A stretch of 50,968 bases of DNA, the filler included, from Catajapyx aquilonaris (lineage: Eukaryota), in NCBI GenBank assembly GCA_000934665.2. It is 2 parts of 2 records of this genome, joined end to end, with 100 filler letters (N's around TTAATTAATTAA, not from the genome) between each part and the next. Parts side by side here need not be neighbours in the genome. Positions count along the whole stretch, not along the records: positions 1 to 25,392 come from JYFJ02005371.1; 1 more part is not named here. One strand, given 5' to 3'. A program made the position numbers and the translations under genes. This document shows positions 1 to 11,420 of the stretch, in pieces; within the stretch, counting starts at the first letter, position 1, and the number at the start of each line of letters is the position of its first letter. The notes under the pieces are model-generated. The model searched no databases, was not told the DNA's origin, and saw nothing but the letters and a program-made list of their open reading frames with translations.

Positions 1-899
1 CGGGCGTTTCCCAGCTACTTTGGGTCCTACTAACATGATGTGCATAGTGGTTTCCGAATAACACGCCGAAAGTTTTTTTTTGTTGCGCTGTGTAATTGAA
101 TGCTGAACTGGCCTAGTTGACTTACTGCAAGAAATGCAGGAAGAGGGGGCGAGAAATGATGTTTTTTTTTGCGATGGGAATCCTCAGGCCCAACCCGGTT
201 CTGGCGAGCTTGCGTTGCAATCCGAAGATGGTTCTGTTGCCTTCGTATGACTCGAATTATTGAAGTTCTGGGAATTTCCAAACGATTAGTATCGAAATAC
301 AATAATTTATTACATTCGAAAATTATTACCAACTCAGGTGACCATGGATGGAGGGCACCATCGCCTCAGTGAGGACCAACTCTTTTGAAGAAGATATCCG
401 AGACACCATTCTGGAGCTGAGTAGAGAAAAAGGCGTCCGGGGACACCACAGTAAAGATCAAGATTCGTGTGTACATATTCCTTCCCTTTTCCTCCCCCCA
501 ACTTGTTTATCTCTGCCACCGAAGTGGTATATACTATCCCAAGGTTCTGGAAAACGGCACATAAAAATCCAAGTGTCCAGCACAAGTACACATATGACAA
601 GGCGTTGCGGGAAACTAGTTTTCAGTGGCATATTTGATGCAGTATGTGCCAACCGAAACAAAGTGGGCTTATTGCCACAAAATTAGTTGCTAAAGTCAAT
701 ATCAAGAAAAGGAATGATTTTGACCTTTTAGGAAAGTGTGAAGGAGAGCATTATAAATTTTATATTACAGTACAGTGTACTGTACATGAAGTACTGCGCC
801 TAGCATCCTTACCGACATATTCTACCATTAGATTCTACCGCCAACTGCTTCTATTTGATAGAAACTGGACCGGTAAGAAACAATACCTTCAAAAGTTTG

Positions 900-1260
900 A
901 CTACAGCATCAGTATATCCCATCTCCTTTGCAAGGTAATAAATCCCACTTTGGCTTTCTGTAATAATAACTCCATTTGTAACAGATGTTCTGTATGAGAA
1001 ACACTCACTTCCTTGACTTCCTTGCCTTGGCAAATGTAGCACTGCTTGCTGATTCCGCTATGGTGAGCTGTCTTTTTCTGTCGTCTGGGTTATCCTTCCA
1101 TGCTTGAAAGGCTTCCCGATGACTGAGTTTTTAATGTGCGTTTTCACCCTACTGCATGTTGTGACTTAAAAATAATGTGAAGTAGGCCCTACTACGATTT
1201 CAGCAGTCTACTTGAAAAAGGGTTCTATTCTATCGGCACAAGTTAGATTCCTCGTCCAGT
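900..1260 (-). mobile_element. Degenerate hAT-type transposase N-terminal remnant
   Basis: Minus-strand peptides in shifting frames: RAYFTLF, LSHREAFQAWK, IYYLAKEMG. Their order resembles the zinc-finger, H..S..H and YYLAKE motifs of ZNF862/ZMYM-like hAT transposases. Heavily decayed. Confidence 0.35.
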
Positions 1261-2106
1261 CTACTCATCTTCACCGCCACCAAAATTGTGGCTTCTTGCC
1301 AAAGTGAACTGAACTGATGAGTGCCACTTACATAATATTATATTCCCACTATAATAACAGCCTTGATGGAGAGAGGCCAATGGGTATTCACTGCAAAAGT
1401 CAGTTTCGCTAAAAGTGTGCGAATGTCACCTTTTATGCCAGACTCCGAATGACGCACACCTGTTTCCATTTCCTCATACGTGCCCCTTCTGTCTCTTTTT
1501 CCGCTTCAATGAGTCAAAAGAACTGTCTAGTAGGGAAACTAATTCTTCCTTCCCATCAAAATCATCTCTGAATTATTTATACCTCTTATTTATTTTCTGA
1601 AGTATCATCATCTTCACGACCTAATTCGACCATGATTATCATCTTCTCCACCTAATTTATCGGAACATAATTATTTTTCTTTAAGGCAAAAAAAACATTC
1701 CTCTTTCTCTTCCTCTCCTTTGCAGCTTCAGGGAAGTCAAACCCGATATTAGTGCAAATGACAAAGTCGTCAATTTCACCTTCAAATACTGAGGATTTCT
1801 TAATATTTTTGAAAGGAATCGAAATACTTGGCTAAGCAGAACTCCCCCTTTGTATTATCCCTTTGTTGTTATCAGATCTTGGCCAGTTCTTTTCACCGTC
1901 TCATCTAATTTGTGATTTGCTTGTACAAAGCGATAATGCACGGTTTTTGTTCCCGGTAAGGTCACTTACTTTTCCGTATCGAAACACAAGTTATTCGAAG
2001 TCATGACGAGCTATACGAGGTAATTAGGACAAGGGCCATTCCAGGGTCGCCTGCCTGACAGCCAAAAACTCTTTCCGCCAATTCCCTTTAGCGCCAACAC
2101 CCTCAC

Positions 2107-2346
2107 ATGGGGAAGGACAGAAAAATTGTGGCAAGGTTCGACAGTGGGAAGGAGAGGGAGGCAATGCTGCGGGAGAAAGTGAAGCTGAGGGGCAGCCAGG
2201 TCTACGTGGACGAAGATTTCTCAGTGGCAACCAGAGCTGTCAGAAGGGAGCTATTCAGGGTGGCCAAGGAGTGGCGGGCATCTTCCGACAGGCTTGGGGA
2301 ACACCGATTGTTGATCGCTACTCTACATGCAGTGTATAGGGTATAG
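2107..2346 (+). mobile_element. LINE ORF1p fragment (RRM/C-terminal domain)
   Basis: RKIVARFDSGKEREAMLREKVKLRGSQVYVDEDFSVATRAVRRELF fits the ORF1 pattern R.IIVKF...K.K..IL.....LKG..IYI.EDF....R..R..L of L1/L2/CR1-type retrotransposons. Confidence 0.75.
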
Positions 2347-2382
2347 GCCTATTTTCGATTTGTAATATTTGTTTTCAGTTAA

Positions 2383-3052
2383 TTGCGGAAGATAGGACCT
2401 ATGAAAATACCACCAGATTTTTATGTTGGCCATGCCAAGGGGAATGGAGATTGCTTCTTTGAATCAGTCCGACAAGGACTTGAGCGAAGAGGACCAACAT
2501 CAGGCACCACAGGGGCAGAGCTTCGCTGCATATGTCACAGATATGCTGAAAAGGTGAAGAGAGAACTACAGCCGGAATCAAAATCGTGGCTTGTTGACAA
2601 CCTACTTGGTGATCGACAGACATTGGAACATTACATTGCGCACATATGCTTTCATGCCGACAGCATTGAGACGGAGGAGGCCAGACAACTAGGTCTCACA
2701 AAGCCTACGTGGGGCCGCCCACATTAATGGGAGAATGATTGCCAAGGAGTTTGGAGTTACAATCCACATCATTGGAAAATTCACCTCTGGCGGAGGAACA
2801 GTCTCGGGACAACAGTGGGTGACGTCACGAGGATCAGCATCTGTGGAAGAAACGACAACGAACTATGAACATCCCAATGTCATACACATAATCAACAAGG
2901 GCGAGAACCATTTTGAACCTGTGCTTAAGAATGCAGAGCGATCTGAACCAAAAGAGCCGTCGCAGCGTCCCAAGAGACATCAGGGAGCCAAACGTGATCC
3001 GCATGCAAAGCGGTCTCAACGGGCTATTATCTCAAGAGTCGGTAGGATATAA
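2383..3052 (+). pseudogene. OTU-family cysteine protease (deubiquitinase-like), frameshifted
   Basis: ORF 2383-2727 has the Cys loop HAKGNGDCFFESVRQGL and TWGRPH. After a frameshift at about 2724 the reading continues INGRMIAKEFGVTIHII and the His loop HIINKGENHFEPVL (ORF 2735-3052). Confidence 0.85.
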
Positions 3053-3725
3053 GAGTGCTAACTTCATGATTGGCATTTATCCCGAGCGTCTTAATAGCGC
3101 AGAAATTTGTAATCGTGGAGGATTTCTTGAACCTTATCTGAGAGAATACGGACGCATGATTGGGCAGTGAGTACCAGCCATTGTCTTGTATCAGACTCAG
3201 TTGGAATGAAGCCATTTGGTTGCAATACCATACAAACGTGTGCGCATGGTGATAGATGATTTGCCTGCAATCTTAGATCGTGATGGCCTGTTACGGCACG
3301 GGTCATTATACCTAAATAGTATGTTTCGCAGTATGTATAAAGGACTAAAGTGATAGTCGTAATTATGTCATGATTCCGCGTGACTTTTACATTTTATAAC
3401 CCGAGAAAAAGGTGATTGGTGGATCAAGACCATTGTTTTGCAAAGGCAGAGCTATTATCGCAGAACTGATACGAGTAGCAGTCATTTCATATTGACTTCC
3501 CTCTACATGGAGTGTTGTGTTTACATTTACGCTTAATGGAGCAGTAAAAACGTCAGCGGGTGTTTAGTTACAAAAATAAATAAATAACTAAAAAAGAGAG
3601 AAGGGCACCCTTTAGCAACAGAATATAAGAAAAGAAAATAGAAGTTCTGGCATTCACGCAGTCGTGCTATGGAACCACAGAAACACCCCGCAAAGCGTAT
3701 TTCGACGTATAATTAAGAGGCAATA

Positions 3726-3848
3726 AAAGTTGAGTATATAACGTTGAGAACAAAGTTGAGTGTAGAGTTGCGCATAAAATTATGAATATAAAGTTGAGCA
3801 TACAGTTGCGCATAACAAAAATGAGTATAAAGTTGAGTATAGAAGTTG
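3726..3848. repeat. Degenerate ~12-bp minisatellite (AAAGTTGAGTAT)n, about 10 units
   Basis: Tandem units such as aaagttgagtat, aaagttgagtgt, agagttgcgcat, aaagttgagcat, acagttgcgcat. Confidence 0.8.
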
Positions 3849-5184
3849 TGTCGCGATCGTGCGAAAACAAAAGAGATGCGAGGAAAGCATCGATGATAGA
3901 CAAAAAAAAAGAGGAAAATAGAGAAGAAATTACGTCGATAAGAAAGGAAGCATTTGTGGATGCTGAAGTGAGTAGTCAAATACCGGTTCATGAACAATAT
4001 GAAGTATCGTTTAATTAATTAAATAATTAAGGGGGTGCAGTGTGAAGGATGCGCACCGCATGTTGCGTTAGTACGCTTGATTGCGCCATTGGGTCAGCAG
4101 AACCACAATCGCATATTGTGTGATGATTGCACAAAAGTTGCATCAGAATGAATGAGTTAGTTGCATGATTTATATAAGCAGCAAAGGGGACATCTCAAGT
4201 TTAACCCATGTAGAATGTATAGATGATGTCCTCCGTCTCATATTCTTCATAATAATAGTGTACCCGTACGTGAAGTGCTTAAAATAAGGATGCATCCTAT
4301 GATGGTTAAAGCGTTAAGTCGTGACTTTTCCTATATTCCTATATCATTCATGAACGCAATATTGGCTTGAACTGATCACTCTCGCCTGCGTTGACAAACA
4401 TCAAACCCATTACACAATCATACCCATACCCATTGTTCACTATAATAATAATAAACCCTATAATAAATGACAACTATAGTAAGCACATCTGAATATAAAC
4501 GAAAATAACTAGTAAACAAAAGGCCATATTAATAATTGCAGTGAAATTTAGTTGTTATATGAAGAAGTCATTCACTCAAGATTAAAGATTAAAAAAATTA
4601 TCTGTATTGTGACAATTGTGACAAGATATTATTTATAATTACCGGTACATGATTGCTAAAAGTGAGCTTCCAGCACAATTCGATTGCTGCCAACTCTGAG
4701 CAGGTTTTTTTTGGCAGTATCCACACTGATATGGATCCAGCGTTCCTTGGACTGTTCCTTGGCTGTTGATTGTTCTGAAATAGTACGTACTACACACCAT
4801 TTTTTTTTACACCTGCTAGTTTGTTTCATTAATGTAACATGCAGTAATCAACTTGGGGATAGAGTAGTACTCGTATATTCAACTTGTATGATTGTGCGTC
4901 CAAGAGGATGTATGTGTGTCTGTATCACGTCACAGTTTACAATCAGGCCATTTCGAATGTAAGCGAGGACTTGACCAGCAATGTAGTACGGTACTCCTAT
5001 GCATACGGTTTTCATGGGTCACGTGCGGCCAGTAGCCACTAGCCCGAGCAGCAGATGTGTTTTTTCTCGGGGGTACGCAAAACAATCTGAGTATTTCGTC
5101 TCTTAATGGCTTCCAGTCCCTGCAAGACCACTGCACTGGCAGGAAAGTCGTGTGGTATTCCATTCCGTTCAGCATACTGATATG

Positions 5185-5350
5185 CTATACTGCTATAGGA
5201 CCATAAAGAACATCGAAACCTATGAGATCATCCAATTGCAGCCGGAAGTCTCCAGTGTATAATATTCTCTTCCCATTACATGTTTCAAACAAGAACATTA
5301 CAGAACCTGGGCAGTGGTCAATTGGTAGCAATGTCACCCAGAAAGGCTTG
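5185..5350 (-). pseudogene. Artemis/SNM1 (DCLRE1-family) metallo-beta-lactamase nuclease fragment
   Basis: [33 protein letters not shown] closely follows MBL motifs 3-4 of Artemis ([17 protein letters not shown]...VLYTGDFRL). A stop follows at 5185-5187, and no HxHxDH motif was seen nearby. Confidence 0.8.
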
Positions 5351-6089
5351 ATGTAAAAAACCTCGAGTCCATTAAAAGGACCTTCCTGCTGCGGAGTAAA
5401 CACAGGCCTACGGAAAGAAGCAAACGAGACAATAATGGCACAAGACAGTACTGTAGGTCTGTAGTGTTGTATTAGGCCTAAAGACCACGCATGAGACTGC
5501 TTACTTTAAATTTGCCGAGGCTGGGCAGTTCAGCACAGAACAGATGCAGAGGCCAATCTGGTTAGGTCCTCGCCATCTGACCCTTCTTCTTCTTTGGCTT
5601 CATCCTCTGGTAGCCAGCCTCTCTTGCATATGAATTTGTATATTGGTCTGATATGCGAGTAAATTGAATTCAAAGCTGGCCTGCTGCTGCTTCTTCATTT
5701 TATTCCATTCTAAGTTACACATAATAATTATAGGGGAGTCATTTGTTTGCAAAAACGTACAATTTCGCAGTGTGTGATTAGCGCATGTGACTGTTTTATG
5801 CGTACCCGGTAGATATAGTGATAACCCAGTAACGACTCAGTGCCAGTACCCGTACCCGTTAGTATATGGTACTCGTTATTGTGACAGTGATCTCTGTTCG
5901 TAGAACGCATCAGCATGTTTAGTAGGGAACTGATCATCTCTCTCTTATGTGAAGATTGGCAGATATTAGACCAATTTCGGTATATTCAGTGTACAAATAA
6001 CTTTGGTGATTGTTCAAGTGACAAATGATTGTTAATGGTGCCATGGGAAGATAGGGAGAACAGGAACTAGTTGCTACAAGCATTTATTA

Positions 6090-6833
6090 TTGCATTTGAG
6101 CATTGCTACAGTATCATGTCCCAGTTGCGGATTGAGCTTCAAAGATTTTAGCTCAAGGTTAAGCCACATGTATACTGCACACCTTTCACGCTTGAGAGAA
6201 TGCTTGGAAGCAATAGGCTTGAAGTTGTTGATGGATAACACTATAAGGAACAGGGGGATGCAAACTGAACCCAGTCCTTCAGATGCTGAAATAGAAACAG
6301 AAGTTGTTTACGGAACACCTCTTAAAGGCCCACAGATCATGCATGTGAGTTACTTACACTTACCTGCATGGGAGTGGACAGGATCACAAGAAGCAGTACG
6401 GTTAACAGTAGGCAGTAAATAACCCGTATGGATAGATTTAGAGGCAAGAGATACTCCAGCAGTGCTAGACTTAATCACTATGTTGAAATCAGTACCCAGC
6501 GGAATGGAGATTATGCCAAGACAAAGAACAAAGTTGTACAAGGGGAAAGCAGAAAAGTGTCCAATGAGAGATTGTGCTTGTTCACTTAGCCAATACATAA
6601 GTAGACCGCCTCACTTGGTTTGTCACTTAAACACCAATTGCATGTATTGCCCCATTTGTTGCCGGTCGTGGTATAGCATCCTAGCTTGGATTAATCATTT
6701 GGTAAACACTCATACGGAGTATATGAACACAGTATTGAAACAGACTGGTTACGAACACGTTTTGCACTATGGAAAGACAAGTCATTATGTAAATGAATTG
6801 AGGCATTTGGAGGTGGGGAAGTTATTTTGTTGA
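6090..6833 (+). pseudogene. C2H2 zinc-finger ORF with one in-frame stop
   Basis: ORFs 6090-6422 and 6462-6833 share a frame and are separated only by TAA at 6420-6422. Fingers: CPSCGLSFKDFSSRLSHMYTAH, CPMRDC...HLVCH, CPICCRSWYSILAWINHLVNTH. Confidence 0.7.
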
Positions 6834-7072
6834 TATTACTAACGTTGCCATGATTGTTTTATGAGATACATTTTATGTGTATGTGACTTCAAAAGGGTTA
6901 ATGAGTACGCTGAACGATTTATTATCCTGCCCACCCGGGTTGGGGAGACGATGCTCTTCCGGGTTGTGACTCCGTCTCATCGTTCGCTGGCAAAGGGAAG
7001 AAAACAGCACTTGAGGCGTGGAATGCTTATCCGAAAGCCACGAATGGTTTCCTCCTGATTACCGATGGAAAA

Positions 7073-7380
7073 ATGGAAGAGGCAACAGACGACATTGAGA
7101 AGTTCACCATCACCTTGAACGACAGGTCCTCTGCCTTGACCAGTGTCAACGAGTGTCGTAAATCAATATTCACAAAGAAGAACAGGCAACTTGACAGCTT
7201 ACCGCCAACATCAGACGCTCTTCAGGAACATGCACGGTCAGCAGCTTATCAAGGTGGATTCATTTGGGGTCAGGCTCTACGTCCACTTCTGGCATTACCC
7301 AGACCGCAAGAGTGGAGCTGGAGGAAAAATAATGATAGTGGGTGGGAGCCCGTTGGACAATGATACCTCCGGGCTCCGGC
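7073..7380 (+). mobile_element. C-terminal fragment of a widespread uncharacterised, probably TE-encoded, invertebrate protein family
   Basis: SVNECRKSIFTKKNRQLDSLPPTSDALQEHARSAAYQGGFIWGQALRPLLALPRPQEWSW...GWEP, then WTMIP after a frameshift. This fits the recalled LPPT..AL..H..RA.YQ...W......P.P..WGW....W.P.WTT motif. Confidence 0.6.
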
Positions 7381-7547
7381 GACACAGGGCTCAGGCGTCA
7401 TAGTTGGTACACCCGATAGGGCTGTTAAAAATAACCTCAAAATCGAAATCAGTGACTACAAAAACATTGGGTGAAAAAAAAAATTACCTGCTTAAACGGC
7501 TTGATTAATGCGCTATTATTTTCGATCATGTTTTTTTTCAATTCTAG

Positions 7548-7691
7548 CCTACAGTGCGCCGCCTCCTACTTGTGTCGGAGGAGGAGGACCACCTCCTGGA
7601 CAGCCTCTCAGACCAGATGATCGAGGCTGACAGGGCGGTTACCCAGCTTAGAAGGATGAGGCGGGGCGTGGACACGGTTCTGCTGATCAGG
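7548..7691 (+). other. Exon-like GC-rich segment of 48 open codons
   Basis: Acceptor ttttttttcaattctag| and donor agg|gtgagt. Translates PTVRRLLLVSEEEDHLLDSLSDQMIEADRAVTQLRRMRRGVDTVLLIR. Confidence 0.4.
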
Positions 7692-8036
7692 GTGAGTCCC
7701 TTGTCGTTAAAAATGAATGACACCATACAGACAGTATGTCTTATGTGCAAACAGGGCACTGCCAGCACTAAAAAAGAAAAAAAAGCAACTCGTCAGCATG
7801 TGCCCTATGCAAGTTAATCCGCAATGCAACAGGGGTAACCAAAACATGTGTATGTGTACGAGTATGTGTATACTTAAGGCCTGTAAAGTTTGTCTAGCTT
7901 TTTTTTCTTCTGTAACGCGGTTATCCTCCATACCAAGGTAAAATTTATGGGCCTCGTATTTCAGAGTGTTTTCATGCCTAAAAATCTGGACTCATTAAAG
8001 TTATTGTTTCTGCAGTAGACTACTTGGAACCTCAAG

Positions 8037-8476
8037 ATGCCTCTTGGAGTTTTGTCAGGAGACTCAATGATAAAGTACGCCGTGGGGAACCGCCTGCTGC
8101 CTCGCCAGCATGAAGTCCCAACCATCAGCCTGCCAGGGGGCGTTTATCTGACCTGATGCCTACCCTGGAGGTGCTCAGGAAGACCCCATATGAGCTGGAC
8201 TTCTTAGTGATTGCCGTGGGAACTAACGACATTGACCACGCTCACGCAAATGACCCTGTAACGGCCGGGGCAGAACTGCGCAACAGCCAGGAGACGTTAG
8301 AACAATTTCTCAGAGAATTCCGCCGGGACCTGCCGAACTGCAAAATTATAGTCGCCGAATGCGCTCCTAGAGTGGACAATCCAGATCTTGATCGACATTG
8401 GATCAGGTGGAACAGAAAGATCAAAACAATGACGCAGAAGATTGGTGGTCATCTGTACAAAGTTGAGGTACAGTAG
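8037..8476 (+). pseudogene. SGNH/GDSL hydrolase (esterase) domain, frameshifted
   Basis: Block I LSGDSMIKY (ATG at 8037) and block II SLPGG. After a 1-nt frameshift near 8140 comes RLSDLMPT...LVIAVGTND (block III), then KIIVAECAPR. Such domains are common in ORF1 of CR1/L2/RTEX LINEs. Confidence 0.8.
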
Positions 8477-8684
8477 GGCTATGCACATGTACAATCCATA
8501 AAATATAAGTTAACTCATTATGAGCCAAAGGGGGATGTCATACAGCTCACATAGATGTATGCCTGAAATATTTTCTCTTGTGCACGCTCTCCAGACCTGC
8601 ACACCACTTGTCCTCAGGTCTCGTTCTTGGGGGTGTGCCTCCACGTCCTCCTGAGGCAGTTGCAGGGGGCTAATGATCGTCTCT

Positions 8685-8897
8685 GGCAGCTGGACGAGGA
8701 GGAGACTGTGGAGGAGGCCGCAAAACCTCCGGTCAGCCGAAAAAGATGCATGCAGAGGGGGAGAGTCCACTCATGGTCACCTTGGAGGACCCGGGAGAAG
8801 GGTCTTTCTTGGAGGGGTTTCCCTCCAGAGGCAGCTCCACGAAACAAACGAATTCCTACGGCGGCTGGACGAGGAGGAGACTGCGGAGGGGGCCGCA
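8685..8897 (+). repeat. Direct repeat of a 38-bp core, 175 bp apart
   Basis: ggcagctggacgaggaggagactgtggaggaggccgca (8685-8722) versus ggcggctggacgaggaggagactgcggagggggccgca (8860-8897). Confidence 0.85.
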
Positions 8898-9450
8898 GTC
8901 CAGAGGAGGCAAAGCCTACGGAAGAGGAGGAAGCAGTGAGGTGTTTTTTTTTTACAGGAGGTGGGGGGGGGGGGGNNNNNNNATATCATTAGTTTGTTCC
9001 TCTTATTTATTTATTTATCTATCTATTCCCAAGCCTGTTGTTAGTAAATTTTCTTCCAGATTTCAGGTCCTACTGGATGTCAAGTAGTTCCGCCACATGC
9101 CCAGGTGTCGGTGCCACCAGGGACATGCCACACCACCACCACTACCACCATGCCCATCCAGATTGGAATCTACAAATTAAAGGCAACATTCCTTGACTAC
9201 TAGCAGTAATAATAATAATAAGATGTAAGGAAAGTTGATTGGACCAACACTGTAGAGTATAGGAGAGTACAATGTAGATGCAGAAGTAAAGAGATTGAAC
9301 GAAACTGTCCAACTGCAGCAGCAGAGAATTGCAGAATTGGAAGCAAGGTTGGATTTTTATCAAATGGTAGGCCCCTGACACATTCATTTCCCGCAAGTAA
9401 GCTTTTGCTATGCCAACAATACGACGTGCGATGATGATAAACGAGACAAA

Positions 9451-9531
9451 GCTCTCAATACAATGTCTTCAGTTTGTGAATACTTGACAGTAGCTGCGCT
9501 CTTTGGCATTGGAAAGTGCACTGTAAATTTC
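9451..9531 (+). mobile_element. PIF/Harbinger transposase HTH fragment
   Basis: ALNTMSSVCEYLTVAALFGIGKCTVNF fits the AL..LA...EYRT.A.LFG.GKSTV motif of HARBI1-like nucleases. Confidence 0.65.
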
Positions 9532-10689
9532 ACATTTAATGCTCCATCCTGACTGACCTGTCGAGACGTTCCTCATGTAGGCCTATATTTTTACCATATT
9601 CAGATTACAGGAAATAAAACTGGAAACAAACATATACTGCCACTAATTGACTATTTTGTCCTCCATTGTGTCATTTCAGCACATAATGGTAAGTCACTAT
9701 AGTTATCATGAGCATTACCAGCACTACCAAGTGTGTAATACACTAATAATTCTAAGCCCCATGAAAGTGACTTGCACTAGTTTGTTCCAAAAATAAACTG
9801 TGACAACATTACATTTTACATGAATGCCTCATATTGTACATTGACACAAATTTATGCCGTTACACTGGTACACACCAGCTATTTCAAATATTCAGTATTT
9901 TTTCCCTGTGAAACTGCTATTTTGTGACTTACAATAGTATTTATCTCAACCGACGATTTTACATGTTGGAGAGACATGATCAAAGGTGTAAGCGGCGATG
10001 GCCAAGAGAAAGGGGGAAGCCCATGATGAGGGCGGGGCAAGCCCAAAAAAGTAGAGGAGTGAAGATTCAGCAAGAAAGGGGAATCAACAGAAAGACGGGA
10101 CAGTACGGGCTGTGGCGTAGGTACGGAACTGCGGTATGCCCAAATCGAAAAGGAGTCACTGGCAACTTCATGGGCATGTGACGACTCCAGTGAAGGAAAT
10201 TTCTATGCCATCGGAAAGGGAAGTATGTGTTTCCAATCTAAGCTAGGTGATGTAGTCTTGGTTGGATCCCTAGAAACCATGGTTTCCCTTCCACCCTTCA
10301 AGTCAATTTTGCAAAGTATTGTTTTGCGTGACAGCATGGTGTAATGTACATTTTTATAAACTTTCAGTGATAAAAACCTGATCACCAGTCCCAATCCAAA
10401 CTCTAAAAAGTGGGACTACCACAAACTTGGAAAGACCTTGGCTGAGGCATACCCAGTCATGGTTTGGGCGAAGCCAAAACCACGGAGGGTTTCAGTGCTT
10501 CAGTGTATTGTTCTTCAGTCCACATTCATATATCGCGTGTCCCAAAGACGGCAGCAAAAGCTGAAAGCCAACAAGAGAAAGCAGCAAAATTAATACACCA
10601 AAACCAAGCCATAGCCAGAGTATCTGATCAGATGACTAACTTCAATTAATACCAGCCTAGCTTTGGTAATGTAGCACACTTATACCAAG

Positions 10690-11197
10690 CTTTAAAGAGC
10701 AACCAGGAGTGGGATGGGACCCAAGAGGGGATAAAGTTTCAAAAGTAGTTGCAGCCTACAAACTGAAATTGTACCTGGCAAACAGGTGCGACGACCTTGA
10801 ACGCTCATTAGCTACAATGCAACTACATGTTGTAGAGGTACACCCAAAACAACACATCCCCCTTTTGCATGAAATTGAGCCCACCATTTTTCGCTGACAT
10901 GGAGGCTATGCAAAGATATAGTGCTCTACAGGGTACACAGTACATTTACAATGAAATGGCTGGACTATATAATCCATGCAGGTACTTAACGAGTATACAT
11001 TATATTGGCAATTGAACACACAAGATCAGACCAAATGCAAGGAATTATGTAGAGAACCATGTGACACACAAACACAATACTACATGGACAGAGCATGGCA
11101 ACCAAACCCAGACTGTAGTAGTGGGGCTAAAAGGCAATTGGAAAATTCAATGTGGGGTATTTCTTACCAAGTGGACTGACTGCAGAAGAAAAGGCAT
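10690..11197 (+). mobile_element. P-element/THAP9-like transposase remnant
   Basis: Motifs in collinear order across frameshifts: AAYKLKLYL, DMEAMQRYSAL..YNEM (the DEM motif), VVVGLKGNWKIQCG, YFLPSGLTAEEKA (compare MVVGL.G.WK.P.GYFL..GL..EE.A). Confidence 0.7.
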
Positions 11198-11309
11198 TCC
11201 GAACCTCACTGCAAAACCCCATCATTGACATCTTTGACGCCGAAAGTCCCTACACGGATTCTCGAGTTATCGACGAAAGTGCCATCGTGGATGCCAGTGT
11301 CACCAATGA

Positions 11310-11420
11310 AATCACACTACATGGAAGGCGTATTGTCGACATCCAGCATTTATTATAAAATCCGACGTGTGGATGAACACATACCATTCAAATGCTCCTT
11401 CAAGGACATGGTGGAAAGTG
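11310..11420 (+). mobile_element. Mutator-like transposase domain fragment
   Basis: LHGRRIVDIQHLL, a frameshift, then KIRRVDEHIPFKCSFKDMVE. This fits the GRRIVD.......H.PF.C.F.DM start of arthropod Mutator-like transposases. Confidence 0.65.

Noticed and set aside
348..860. Possible transposase remnants (FEEDIRDTILELS; CEGEHYKF...YSTIRFY, P-element C-terminus-like)
   Set aside because: The similarity is too short and vague to support without a search.
2107..3052. Single LINE element encoding an ORF1-OTU fusion
   Set aside because: A stop and an AT-rich acceptor-like spacer separate the pieces, and no endonuclease/RT follows. The juxtaposition fits the general mosaic.
3726..3848. CRISPR-like array
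   Set aside because: The units are contiguous degenerate 12-mers with no unique spacers, the context is eukaryotic and there are no cas genes.
9890..9995. hAT TTF-type zinc finger fragment (SVFFPC...FISTDDFTCW)
   Set aside because: Too degenerate to call.
10860..10980. Gypsy/Ginger integrase zinc-binding domain (HGG motif)
   Set aside because: Better explained by the collinear P-element transposase motifs spanning the same interval.
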